From positions 11,573,292 through 11,635,685 of the forward strand of contig NC_068986.1 in assembly GCF_001194135.2 (NCBI RefSeq): 62,394 nt of DNA. Direction: 5' to 3'. The stretch is from Octopus bimaculoides (Eukaryota). The position numbers and the translations under genes were made by a program. The notes beneath the pieces are model-generated. The model did no database searches and was not told the DNA's origin. It saw only the letters and a program-made list of their open reading frames with translations. Positions 12,870 to 24,960 of this stretch are shown here, in pieces (position 1 is the first letter of the stretch; each line of letters begins with the position of its first letter).

Positions 12870-13345
12870 GGAACCTGTTGTTGAACATGGGCATTTCAAA
12901 TGCAAGGTGATGCTCTGCATCTGCTGGAATTGTGAGTGGATAATTTGCCATCAGTTTGTTCCAGGGGGTCAAAACATTAAAAGCTGGATTGGGTGCATGC
13001 CATCATGCAACAAAAATATCTGACATTGGTAAATCGAAAGGAATCTCTTGTGCAGCAAGACAATGCAGGACCTCATGGTGCTCAAATGACTCAGAGTAAA
13101 CTCCGAGAACTTGAGGGAATTGAACTGAGGCCACGCCCAGGTCCCTTGAATTATTAGTCCACTCCCAGAACTCATGATGCTTCATTGACCAAAAAGAGGT
13201 GGAAGCTTCAGTGAAGGAGTTTTTCACTGCGAAAGACAAGAACTGGTATCGGCGTGGGATGAAAGAACTGGCAGAAAAGTGTCTTCAGACGGTACAACAT
13301 GATGGCCCTCCACTTTGAATGCTTGGCTGCTTTTGTTGTAACTTG
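12870..13345 (+). mobile_element. Mariner (DD34D-type) transposase remnant
   Basis: KVMLCICWNCEWII, QQDNAGPH and DQKEVEASVKEFFTAKDKNWYRRGMKELAEK; frameshifted. Confidence 0.85.
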
Positions 13346-13447
13346 ACAAATAAAGCAAATAGTCACCAAAATATTGCAAAACTTTCCACTCAACACAATA
13401 CAGTCATAAAATTATTATTATTCTATTATATTAGAGAAGCACATAGT

Positions 13448-13812
13448 GGAGGTGCAATGGCCCAGTGGTTAGGGCAGTGAACTCACAGTTGTAGGATCAT
13501 GATTTCAATTCCCTGACTGGGTGTTATGAGTGTTTATTGAGCAAAAACACCTAAATCTCCACGAGGCTCCGGCAGGGGGTGGTGGCAAACCTTACTGTAC
13601 TCTTTCACCACAACTTTCACTCTTTTCTTCCTGTTTCTGTATTTCTTCCTGTATTTCAAAGGGCCAGCCTTGTCACGCTAAATCACCCCGAGAACTATGT
13701 TAAGAGTACACATGTCTGTGGAGTGCTCAGCCACTTGTACGTTAATTTCATGAGCAGGCTGTTCCACTGATCGGATCAACTGGAACCCTTGTCGTTGTAA
13801 CCGACAGAGTGC
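13448..13812 (+). mobile_element. Full-length tRNA-headed SINE, family A
   Basis: GGAGGTGCAATGGCCCAGTGGTTAGGGCAG head; near-identical minus copies at 15991-16357 and 23053-23404. Confidence 0.9.
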
Positions 13813-14581
13813 TACAAGAGAAGCACAAAACATTTTGTAATTGCCCATAACTGATGATAAGGCAACAGACTATAGTGTGACATATATTTAACATGCTTAA
13901 TGTCATTCATAGATTTAAATGTCAACATCAAAATTATAAGTATTGTAACATTTGTAGTAGCTTTTTGACACTCACAGACCACACCTCACTGGTTTACCTT
14001 GTATTTACAAGAAGGCCATAAAAAAAAACATTAAATTGAACAATATAAAACAGTATTTAATGGTGTTTTATAGAGCTTAACAACCAAAGATATGGGTTAC
14101 TGGTGCTACAACACCATAATAAAAAGCAAGGTTTAGATATCATCATCATCATCATTGTTATCTTTTTAATGTCCACTCTCCATGCTCGTATAGGTCAGAT
14201 GCAATTGATTGAAGCAGGTTTTCTACAGCTGGATGCCCTTCTCTGTCACCAATGGTCATTTGATTTCAAATATTTCCATGTGGACAGACAAGTTTCTGTG
14301 GAAGATTGGAAACAAAAGGACTCTGCTTGCACGACAATAACAACTATGATGTGATATCAAGACAAGGAGACACCAACCACACACAGACATTTATATGATG
14401 GGATTATTTTAATTTCCATCTACCAAATCCACACACAACGCTTTGGGTGGTCCATTGCAGCAGTAGAAGATACTTGCCTAACATGGCATGCAGTGGGGCT
14501 GAACATGGGACCATACTCACTTCCCAATATACATATATATATATATGAGTGTGAATGTATACATCTCTCTTTCTCTCTCTC

Positions 14582-14687
<106 letters not shown>

Positions 14688-15372
14688 CACACACACCCAT
14701 ACTTGAGAAGACCCATTGAGCCAAGTGAAATTGTAGTCATGACAGATACTGGTGTCACGCAAATGTCACTTGTGCCGGTGGCACGTAAAAGCACCCATTA
14801 CACCCTTGGAGTGGTTGGTGTTAGGAAGGGCATCCAGCCATAGAAACCATGCCAAATCAGACTGCAGTCTGGTGCAGCCCTGGTCAAACTGTCCAACTCA
14901 TGCCAGCATGGACAACGGACATTAAATGATGATGATGTACACATATATGCATTTATATATATATGTTGTTTTTTTTTAATTGTTTTCCATACTGGTATGG
15001 GCTGGATGGTTTGGCAGAATCTTGTGAGCTTCGGGGCTGTGCCAAGTTCCAATGTCAGCTTTGGCATTTCTATGGCTGGATGCCCTTCCTGATCCAACCA
15101 CTTTACAGAGAGAGTCAGATGCTTTTTTTTTTTTTTTTTTTTTTGTGCCCCTAGTGAGATTGCTGAATAACTTGTAAAACAGAAAAAAGGAAAGGAAAAC
15201 GCTGCTGATACTAAGTGGTGGTAGGATTATTTGAGAGGAGGAGGTGCACCAGATGCTGAGAGGTTAATGTATGATAGAGAGACAAGTACATATGTCTTAA
15301 TATACAGGAGATACATGGATACCCTGCTTTATATTGGGGTGGGAGAAGTTAAGAAGGTGAAAGAATGCAGTA

Positions 15373-15740
15373 GTGGCACAAACACGGATGTGTGGTAAGA
15401 AGCTTGCTTCCCAACCACATGGTTCTGGGTTCAGTCTCACTGTGTGGCACCTTGGGCAAGTGTCTTCTACTATAGCCTCAGGCCAACCAAAGCCTTGTGA
15501 TTGGATTTGGTGGATGGAAACTGAAAGAAGCCTGTATATATATTTATGTGTATGTCTTTGTGTCTGAGTTTGTCCCCCTCCACTACCACTGCTTGACAGT
15601 GGTTTGGCCAAATAGACCAAGAAAATAAGTCCCAGGTTTTAAAAAAATTAAGTCTTGGGGTTGATTTGCTTAACTAAAATTCTTCAAGGCAGGGCCCCAG
15701 CATGGCCACTGTCTAATGACTGAAACAAGTAAAAGATAGA
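15373..15740 (+). mobile_element. tRNA-headed SINE, family B
   Basis: GTGTGGTAAGAAGCTTGCTTCCCAACCACATGGTTCTGGGTTCAG...ACTGAAACAAGTAAAAGA; about 20 copies in the window. Confidence 0.9.
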
Positions 15741-15990
15741 TCATAACACCATTTCACTCAAGCAAAGCCATGAGACATCAATATTTACACACACACACAC
15801 AAATGCACATTTGTCAGGACTGCAGTAAAAGACATTTGTCTAGTTGCTGTGACTTAGGACTGAACCCAAACCCATGTGGTTACAAAGCAAACCCCTTAAC
15901 CACACAGTCATGTTTCTACTTAAATGTTGTTTGAGTTAATTTGTTCCAAGACCAACTCTGTCTTTTATCTCTTTGGTGCCAATGTATCAT

Positions 15991-16357
15991 GGTACTCCGT
16001 CGGTTATGACGAAGGGGGTTCCAGTTGATCCGATCAATGGAACAGCCTGCTTGTGAAATTAACATGCAAGTGGCTGAGCATGTGTCCCCTTATCGTAGTT
16101 CTCGGGGAGATTTAGCGTGACACAGAGTGTGACAAGGCTGGCCCTTTGAAATACAGGTACAACAGAAACAGGAAGAAAGAGTGAGAGAAAGTTGTGGTGA
16201 ATGAGTACAGCAGGGCTCGCCACCATCCCCTGCTGGAGCCACGTGGAGCATTAGGTGTTTTCACTTAATAATCACTCACAACGACTGGTCTGGGAATTGA
16301 AACTGGGATCCCATGACCGCGAGTCTGCTGCCTTAACCACTGGGCTATTGCGCCTCC
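15991..16357 (-). mobile_element. SINE family A
   Basis: Reverse-complement match to 13448-13812. Confidence 0.9.
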
Positions 16358-16829
16358 ATGCCAATGCATAAAGTACCAGTTAAATATTGGGATTGATTTC
16401 CCCTCTCTCTCTTATTTGAGTATACGAAGGTGTGCTTTTCATTTCTTGACATCAGCAATCTTTTTACCACCACAACAAGAAAAAAAAAAAAAAGAAAACT
16501 AATTCATTTTGTTTTTTTATAGAGAAAATCTCATGCTTTGCCTCGTTAGCAGTCTGCTGTTCAGAAGGCAGAGGATGAGTTTTATAAAATGATATTTATA
16601 GCTAATGTACCATAACAAAAAAGGGGTTTGAAATCCCCAGCACCATACATCAATGGATTACATCAACCCCAGTGCTCAGTTGATTGACCTTGGAAAGATG
16701 AAAAGTCAAGTTGACTTCAGTGGAATTTGAACTCAGAATATAATGAGGAAATGTCGCAAAGCATTTTGCGCGACACATTAATGCTTCTGCTGGTTCATCA
16801 CCCCAACCCTGGACTCAATGCTTTCGACT

Positions 16830-17003
16830 ATTGATACGATGCCTGGAATTTGGGAAAGTGGGGAAAATCGATTACATCGACACCCCGGTGTTCAACTGGT
16901 ACTTATTTCATCGATCCTGAAAAGATGATAGGCACAGTCGACCTCGGTGGAATGTGAACTCAGGACGTACGTCTGGCGTGCTAACAATTCTGCCAACTCG
17001 CTG
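16830..17003 (-). mobile_element. SINE family D
   Basis: CGATTACATCGACACCCC...GAAAAGATGATAGGCACAGTCGACCTCGG matches 28900-29070; a second copy lies at ~16650-16800. Confidence 0.8.
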
Positions 17004-17263
17004 TACATAATTGAAAGGGTTTGAAGTCCCCTGACACCGTTTTTAGGATTGACTTAAACACTAAATGACTAGAGACGACCATTGAGACTAGAAACTAAAC
17101 TACCATCTACAACAGGGTTGTCTAGGTACAAGGCTTCAAACATCGACAAGTAATCTTGAATGTTGTGACATTCGTGCCTTTCCCATTAACAACGTAACTG
17201 AAGGTGCTTTAACTGAGGTTCAATAATGTAACGACAAAAGAAACTCATCACTTCTCTATTTAC

Positions 17264-17314
17264 CAATGGTTTTATCATTGAGTGGTTCAGACTTGAAACA
17301 GGTTACTTTATATA
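17264..17314 (-). promoter_or_regulatory. Candidate TATA box and short first exon of a leftward gene
   Basis: Minus-strand GGGTATATAAAG at 17317-17306 and donor TTG|GTAAAT at 17263, in unique CpG-richer sequence. Confidence 0.3.
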
Positions 17315-17544
17315 CCCTCCCTGCAAGCAGCAGCGGTAAAAACAGCAACGCTAATAATGTCTTCTAAGAAAGATAATTCGTCTCTTTCCGTTTTATGAGA
17401 GTTATCTCCCTTCTCTTAATCTCTGCTAATTTCAGTTGATTAAAGAATTACTGGCAAACTTTCTTTGCTTGGAGTGGGAAAAAAATCACTAAAAACGTGG
17501 TTTGGTCAGTGAATTGGCTTCTATTTCCACCAAAAAACAAGATT

Positions 17545-17620
17545 ATGACGAGTTTGTATACTGATAAGGTTTTGAAGTTAAAACAAAATCTGTTTAGAAA
17601 ATTGCAACGTCTACTTACAG
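17545..17620 (+). CDS. Candidate first coding exon (MTSLYTDKVLKLKQNLFRKLQRLLT) of an unidentified plus-strand gene
   Basis: ATG, 25 open codons, consensus donor CAG|GTAAGT; phase-1 fits a 17-nt exon 17849-17865 (ELLKHE). Confidence 0.45.
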
Positions 17621-18275
17621 GTAAGTTATGCAAAGTATTTTACTAAAAACATTTGGATTTCTTTTAAAGAGAATAGAATTTGGTAGAATGAATTAGGCTA
17701 TTTACTTCATCTTTTATGTTTTTCGACGTCTGGCAACTAACTTGGTAGAAGCCCCTAAGATTATCCACCAGTTTTCCAACAACAACTTCGACCTTTTTTT
17801 TTTAATTCAATACTTCTGCTACTCGTGAAGATGTTTTTTCAATCTTAGAACTGTTGAAGCATGAAGTAAACTATATACGTCCGCTGTTTGCTGTCAAGAT
17901 ATTGTATCTTTGACAGCTAACATATTTTTGTGTTCTAAACAATATATATATTACTAGAGGCGTATGTATACCCTACATATTTTAATTATGTTTAAACAAA
18001 ATATATATTACTTGAGGGGTGTCCCATTCTATATTATATATATATATATTTCGTTTTTGGATTTGGTTTGCAAGATTCTTTATGTGAGTTCGTGTGTTGA
18101 AGCATATTCTGTTGTGTTTGGAGAGAGTCATTCTCTTTTAGTGCCTTATAACTGAAAAGGTTGCAAGACGCAACGAAAATTTAAGAAAGATAAAAAAGAA
18201 ATAAGTGGAAATTTTACCGGTGAGTGTGTTAAATTATAAGACACTATTAGAGAATGACTCTCCCCAGACACAACA

Positions 18276-18321
<46 letters not shown>

Positions 18322-18924
18322 TGTTGTGTCTGGGGAGAGGGTATAATGAAGAGTGTTTACTGCATTTTTGATGTTCAGAAAAACAATATTTTTTTATAAA
18401 TGTTTACAACCTCAAAGAAACTATAACAGCTAAGCAAATGAACTTCTCCAAATGCATTAAAAAAAAACATTATAACATAATCGGAACAGTATTTGAGAAA
18501 ATTATTACCATTCTCTTTGAAAATATAAAAAACAAACGAGTCAGCTGAGATAAGGTGAATTTACCTCTTCAGTTCTCCAAAATTGCATTTGAAAACAGCT
18601 TCGTATGCATCAATATCCGTTCTTAGATATCAGAAAGACCGGAAATGCATAAAAAATTCAAAATACCAAAATCAAATGAAAGAGGATCAGGGAAAATGGC
18701 TTATGATATGATATTAACAAAAGTTGATTAAATCAACATAAAATATTCTCTATAGCTTCTTCACGATCTGCTGGAGTGGCTCTCTTCATGATATATTTAT
18801 GCACCAAACAGTTAAAGAAAAAAAAAATTATTGAAATTAACTCATTTTGCACCACTTTAGAGATTTTTTGAAAATTGAAAATTATCAAAATTAGTCATTA
18901 GTGTGGACTCCAACAGAGAAAAGA

Positions 18925-19915
18925 ATATTCATTGTTAAATGTCTAAAATGCACAGGAGCCAGTCCATCGGCACTGGCAACGATCTCGCTCGAATGTCTTA
19001 CTGGCAACGGCCACGCTCGAAATGGTGCATTTTACGTGTCACCTGCGCAGGAGCCAGTCCATCGGCACTGGCAACGATCTCGCTCGACTGTCTTTTCACG
19101 TGCCACTGGCACAAGTGCCAGGAAGGCGTCGTTGGTAACGATCATGCTGGTGCTATTTATGTGCCACCGGCACGGAAGCCAGACAGCTGCTCTGGCAACG
19201 ATCACGCTCGGACGGTGCTCTTAGTGCTCCACTGGTACAGGTTCCATCACGATTTTGCTTTCGCTTGCCCCAACAGGTCTTCGCAAGCAGAGTTTAGTGT
19301 TCNNNNNNNNNNNNNNNNNNNNNNNNNNNNNNNNNNNNNNNNNNNNNNNNNNNNNNNNNNNNNNNNNNNNNNNNNNNNNNNNNNNNNNNNNNNNNNNNNN
19401 NNNNNNNNNNNNNNNNNNNNNNNNNNNNNNNNNNNNNNNNNNNNNNNNNNNNNNNNNNNNNNNNNNNNNNNNNNNNNNNNNNNNNNNNNNNNNNNNNNNN
19501 NNNNNNNNNNNNNNNNNNNNNNNNNNNNNNNNNNNNNNNNNNNNNNNNNNNNNNNNNNNNNNNNNNNNNNNNNAGGCCTGCCCCTTCCACGGGTTCCCTC
19601 AACCGCTTGGTGTGGCACTTTTTCACGCAGCCATCCTCATCCATTCTCGCCACATGTCCATACCAGCGCAATCGTCTCTCTTGCATACCACAACTGATGC
19701 TTCTTAGGTTCAACTTTTCTCTCAAGGTACTTACACTCTGTCGAGTATGCACACTGACATTACACATCCATCGGAGCATACTGGCTTCATTCCTTGCGCG
19801 CTTATGCATGTCCTCAGCAGTCACGGCCCATGTTTCACTGCCATGTAGCATGGCTGTTCGTACACATGCATCATACAGTCTGCCTCTGAGTGAGAGGCCT
19901 TTGTCGCCAGCAGAG
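18925..19915 (-). mobile_element. 5'-truncated RTE-clade LINE (ORF C-terminus plus 3' UTR), spans an N gap
   Basis: ORF MLHGSETWAV...QERRLRWYGHVARMDEDGCVKKC is typical of the RTE C-terminus. Confidence 0.9.
19303..19573. other. Assembly gap (N run)
   Basis: Other gaps: 21682-22183, 23794-23887, 24947-24956, 26394-26596, 33699-33708, 44588-45030, 58136-58220. Confidence 1.
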
Positions 19916-20037
19916 GTATCCTACATATTTTAGCTATGTTTATTGTTCAACAAAATATTACTATGGAAGTATATATACCCCACATATTTTAGCCATGTTC
20001 TGTGTTAAACAAGAATATACCACTACTAATGTATATA

Positions 20038-20273
20038 CAAGTTTGGCCAAAAGTCAACTGACAGTAAATCAAAATTTCTTAAATACTTAATATTCAATTT
20101 TATTTATTCATTCCAATTATGAATATTTAATAATTGAATGCCGTGAGTTAAAATCAGTTTTTTTTTTCAACATTTGTCCATTTATTAGTGAAGTCCCATA
20201 AAAACTTCTTTTGTTTTAATCTTGGAATTAAAAGGTCTTTTTTTATTTACTGCCAGGTGACTTTTGGCCAACC

Positions 20274-20276
<3 letters not shown>
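20038..20276. mobile_element. Tc1/mariner-type MITE (239 bp)
   Basis: TIRs CAAGTTTGGCCAAAAGTCAACTGACAGTAAAT / ATTTACTGCCAGGTGACTTTTGGCCAACCCTG with TA on both sides. Confidence 0.85.
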
Positions 20277-20313
<37 letters not shown>

Positions 20314-20964
20314 TCTACATATTTTAGTTAGGTTTATTACTACTGGGTATATATTGTTTGGTTCAATTCACTTATCTCCCCTTGTACAAAGTTATTTTCT
20401 TGTGCTAGGGAGATATCAAAATTTAATTTTATTGGGATGTGGTGGTCGTGGCTTTCTCAAAGGTGTTAACAGCATAGTTGCAGTAAAATGGATTCTGCAT
20501 GTTTTGGAGTTGTTTAGTTTTTGCTATAATTAATAATAATATTGATTTATAACCCGTATATCCTGACACACCTTCACCTCCTTTCGCCCCCCTCTTCCAA
20601 CTGTGTGTGTGTGGGGGGAGGGGTAATGATGTTTCTCCCTTACAGCACGGCACCTGTTTCTGTCTCCCTTGTCCTACTTTAATCTGTCAACATCTGGCTT
20701 ATGGCCACCTCCCTCAATACCCCATCCCCAGTCATTTGAGGGATCTTGTCTTGCGAATTACTTGGTGAACTCATTAGAGCCGGTACCACATAAAAAGTAT
20801 GTGGAAGATTTCTTTCCGTAAATGCACATAACATACCATATACAAATATAATTTTCTTATTTGCAATTTCACACCAGTAAGCTACCAGCAAAATATGAAA
20901 TCTTTTTTTGAAAATCTCCAAATTATAGGACGGATCTAATTCAACCTTTTTTTACACACACACA

Positions 20965-21681
20965 CACATATAGCTGTATGGTAAGAAGCATGCTTCCCAG
21001 CCATATGGTTCTGGGTTCAATCCCAATGCCTGGCACCTTAAGCAAGTGTCTTCTACCATGGCCTTGTGAGTAGACTTGATAGACGGAAACTGAAAGAAGC
21101 CTGTCGTAAATGTGTATGTCTGTCCCCCCACCATTGTTTGACAACCAGCGTTGGTGTATTCACGTCCTCATAACTTAGTTGTTCGGCAAAAGAGACAAAT
21201 AGAATAAGTATCAGACATTAAAAAAAAAGGTGCTGCCCCAGCATGGCCGCAGTCTAATAACTGAAACAAGTAAAAGAAATATATATAAATATGGAGTTGC
21301 TGTGTGGTAAGTAGCTTGCTTACCAACCACATGGTTCCGGGTTCAGTCCACTTCGTGGCACCTTGGGCAAGTGTCTTCTACTGTAGCCCCGGGTTGATTA
21401 AAGCCTTGTGAGTGGATTTGGTAGACGGAAACTGAAAGAAGCCCATCGCATATATATATATATATATGTGTGTGTGTTTGTCCCTCCACCACACCATCGC
21501 TTGACGACCGATGTTGCTGTGTTTACGTCCCCCGTAACTTAGCGGTTCGGCAAAAGAGAACAATAGAATAAGTACTAGGCTTACAAAGAATAAGTCCTGG
21601 GGTCGATTTGTTCAACTAAAGGCGGTGCTCCAACATGGCCGCAGTCAAATGATTGAAACAAGTAAAAGAATAAAAGAATAT
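20965..21681 (+). mobile_element. Two head-to-tail SINE family B copies
   Basis: Copies at ~20965-21280 and ~21290-21681. Confidence 0.85.
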
Positions 21682-23052
21682 NNNNNNNNNNNNNNNNNNN
21701 NNNNNNNNNNNNNNNNNNNNNNNNNNNNNNNNNNNNNNNNNNNNNNNNNNNNNNNNNNNNNNNNNNNNNNNNNNNNNNNNNNNNNNNNNNNNNNNNNNNN
21801 NNNNNNNNNNNNNNNNNNNNNNNNNNNNNNNNNNNNNNNNNNNNNNNNNNNNNNNNNNNNNNNNNNNNNNNNNNNNNNNNNNNNNNNNNNNNNNNNNNNN
21901 NNNNNNNNNNNNNNNNNNNNNNNNNNNNNNNNNNNNNNNNNNNNNNNNNNNNNNNNNNNNNNNNNNNNNNNNNNNNNNNNNNNNNNNNNNNNNNNNNNNN
22001 NNNNNNNNNNNNNNNNNNNNNNNNNNNNNNNNNNNNNNNNNNNNNNNNNNNNNNNNNNNNNNNNNNNNNNNNNNNNNNNNNNNNNNNNNNNNNNNNNNNN
22101 NNNNNNNNNNNNNNNNNNNNNNNNNNNNNNNNNNNNNNNNNNNNNNNNNNNNNNNNNNNNNNNNNNNNNNNNNNNNNNNNNNNGAGCCATGGATTATTTT
22201 GGAAAAAAAAGAAAAGAAAGAAACGAAATCAGAACAAGCAAAAGAATCAGTTATTTGAATAATGTACAGTTGTTGAAATGCTGTGTGATCACTTCACACG
22301 CACGCACACTCTCTCTCACACACACACACACACACATGCTCACACACAGAGGCATGGTTACTTAGCAACGTGGTGTTTTTTTGTTTTTTTTTCCAGTTAT
22401 TTGCGGCTAGAACAGTCAACAGATCAAAATACACTAAAATACTTTGCTGGGACAAAAAAAAAAAGTCTCTTTTGTTTTATATTTGTGAAGTGATTGGTTA
22501 ATATTGGGTCGAGTACATCTTCTGATTGGACAGGGGTCAGAGGTGGGGGGCAAGGGGGTCATATCAAATGCATCTCTCTCTTTCTTTCTCCTATGTATTA
22601 TTATCTAACTATTGTCTAACGTTCCCATCGTTGCTTGACAAAGATAGAGCTTTGTGTTTTGTCTCCTGTTGGTGTCATTTAGTCTGCCTCATGTGGCTCG
22701 TTACTTCCCCACTTCCATCTTTTGCTGCTTAATTCCACCTGCTTTTCTTCTTTTTCTGTTTCTTTGTTTCCTTGCAATTAGATTGTGATAAATAAAGTTT
22801 CCACTTAGAATTAATATATTATTCTACTTCAAGGTTTAGTGATATATTGCTTGTTCCTGAGATCATATATATATATATGTGCGTGTGTGTATACCTATGT
22901 ACACACACACATATATCTTTCTTTTAAATTTGTTTACGGGAAAACGTTTTGAATATGCAAATAAACCTGTTCTTATTACGCCTGCCGCAGTCTAACGATG
23001 CTGACTAATGAACCAGTTTTTCGGGGTTGCATTGAGCTGTAACTGATATCGT

Positions 23053-23404
23053 GGCACTCCGTCGGTTATGACGACGAGGGTTCCAGCTGATCCGATCAAC
23101 GGGACAGCCTGCTTCGTGAAATTAACGTGCAAGTGGCTGAGCACTCCACAGACACGCGTACCCTTAATGTAGTTCTCGGGGATATTCAGTGTGACACAGT
23201 GTGACAGGGCTGAACCTTTGAAATACAGGTACAACAGAGTGAGAGAAAGTTGTGGTGAAAGAGTACAGCATGGTTCACTACCACCTCCTGCCGGAGCCTC
23301 ATGGAGCTTTAGGTGTTTTTGCTCAATAAACACTCACAATGCCTCCCGGTCTGGGAATCGAAACCGCGAGTTCGCTGCTCTAACCACTGGGTCACTGCGC
23401 CTCC
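23053..23404 (-). mobile_element. SINE family A
   Basis: Reverse-complement match to 13448-13812. Confidence 0.9.
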
Positions 23405-23572
23405 ATTGTACTCATATAATGTAGGCTAAATATAGTAATAATAATAATAATAATATTTTGATGGAATTAATAAACATTTAATGCATCGCTTTATGGAAAT
23501 ACACATAGCGATGCGTTAAATGTTTAATAAATTCAATCCAATGATTATTGTTATTATTATTATATATACATA

Positions 23573-23777
23573 CAGTAATCCCTCGACTATCGCGGGTGTT
23601 ACGTTCCAAAACCTCACACAGAAATAATTAAAATCTAAAAAGATATAAATACCTATTGGCCACAGAAACCCGGATATACTAAGGAGTCCACAATATAAAC
23701 TTACATATATTAGTCAGAAAAATCTGCAATGTACTGAGTGCACGATAGGTGAACCATGATATGGCAAGGGACTACTG
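23573..23777. mobile_element. pogo/Tigger-like MITE
   Basis: TIRs CAGTAATCCCTCGACTATC / GATATGGCAAGGGACTACTG with TA flanks. Confidence 0.75.
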
Positions 23778-24355
23778 TATGTATATATATATANNNNNNN
23801 NNNNNNNNNNNNNNNNNNNNNNNNNNNNNNNNNNNNNNNNNNNNNNNNNNNNNNNNNNNNNNNNNNNNNNNNNNNNNNNNNNNNNNNACAAACAAACGAA
23901 GTTTGCTTTTAGAAGCGTTGAGATGTCCTAGAAAGTTAAAGAAGTGATTTTAAATTCTCAAACGTAGGATAATGCTAATAATATAGCCTCAACAGGAAAA
24001 GCTACCCCTATTTTGCAAAAAAAAAAGTTTTGGCGGCCGGCTATGATATATAAGTAGAAATAATACATTTCTAAATCTCTCAGAGAGATTTATGCAGTAG
24101 TGATGCGATAAAGTAGTTGTATGCTGTCAACTTAATGTGACAGTCCCATGAAGGGAATAATACTACTGCTATTTAGCTTTAGGAAGCAGCACCACTTCCT
24201 GTCGGCCTTGACACATTTCCTGTGTCCTTATGTTTACAAGGGGGAGACATGCACCTCCACTTAGCTAAGCCTGCATCCATTAAGTTGACAGCATACAACT
24301 ACTTTATCGCATCACTAGGCTTGACAGGCATCTCCAACTAGCAGGCCATTTCTAC

Positions 24356-24398
24356 TCCAGACTAATGACAAGTAAAGACTCAGAAACATGTCTCTGGA
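24356..24398 (+). ncRNA. Degenerate type-I hammerhead ribozyme (core CUAAUGA, G5A)
   Basis: TCCAGA-CTAATGA-CAAGTAAAGACTCA-GAAA-CATG-TC-TCTGGA. Confidence 0.55.
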
Positions 24399-24705
24399 TG
24401 CAGGCTTAACTGAGTGGAGGTGCTTGTCTCCCCCTTGTAAACATAAGGACACAGGAAATGTGTCAAGGCCAACAGGAAATGGTGCAGCTTCCTAGGTCTA
24501 ACAAAAAGTAGTATTATTCCCTTCAGGGGACTGTCACATTAAGTTGACAGTATACAACTACTTCATCGTATCACTACTGCATAAATCTCTCTCAGAGATT
24601 TAGAAATGTATTATTTCTATTTTTGAAATCATTGACTGTTTCACTAGAATTAGTATATGTTTACGAGAGCTTGACATCCATCTCCAACTAGCAGGCCATT
24701 GCTAC

Positions 24706-24748
24706 TCCAGACTGATGACGAGCAAAGACTCAGAAACATGTCTCTGGA
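24706..24748 (+). ncRNA. Minimal type-I hammerhead ribozyme, predicted cleavage after GUC at 24742
   Basis: TCCAGA-CTGATGA-cGAGcaaagaCTCa-GAAA-CATG-TC-TCTGGA: 6-bp stem I, intact core, 3-bp stem II, palindromic ACATGT helix III. Confidence 0.8.
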
Positions 24749-24910
24749 TGCAGGCTTAGCTAAGTGGAGATGCTTGTCTCCCCCTTGTAAACATAAGGAC
24801 ACAGGAAATGTGTCGAGGCCAACAGGAAGCGGTGCTGCTTCCTAGAGCTAAATAGCAGTAGTATTATTCCCTTCATGGGACTGTCACATTAAGTTGGCAG
24901 CACAATTACG

Positions 24911-24946
<36 letters not shown>

Positions 24947-24960
24947 NNNNNNNNNNTACG

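Larger units (their letters stand above)
24055..24900 (+). mobile_element. Hammerhead-containing tandem plus inverted repeat (retrozyme-like or Penelope-like pseudo-LTR array)
   Basis: Direct repeat with 350-nt period (24319-24551 ~ 24669-24900); 225-bp inverted copy (24055-24279 vs 24395-24619); an HHR in each direct unit. Confidence 0.75.

Noticed and set aside
21625-22365. Long ORFs containing X runs (also 18939-19697, 26043-26705, 44457-45143, 57760-58407)
   Set aside because: They are open only because N gaps or microsatellites lack stops
23471-23526. 20-bp AT-rich hairpin as a Helitron 3' end
   Set aside because: No CTRR terminus nearby and the stem is not GC-rich
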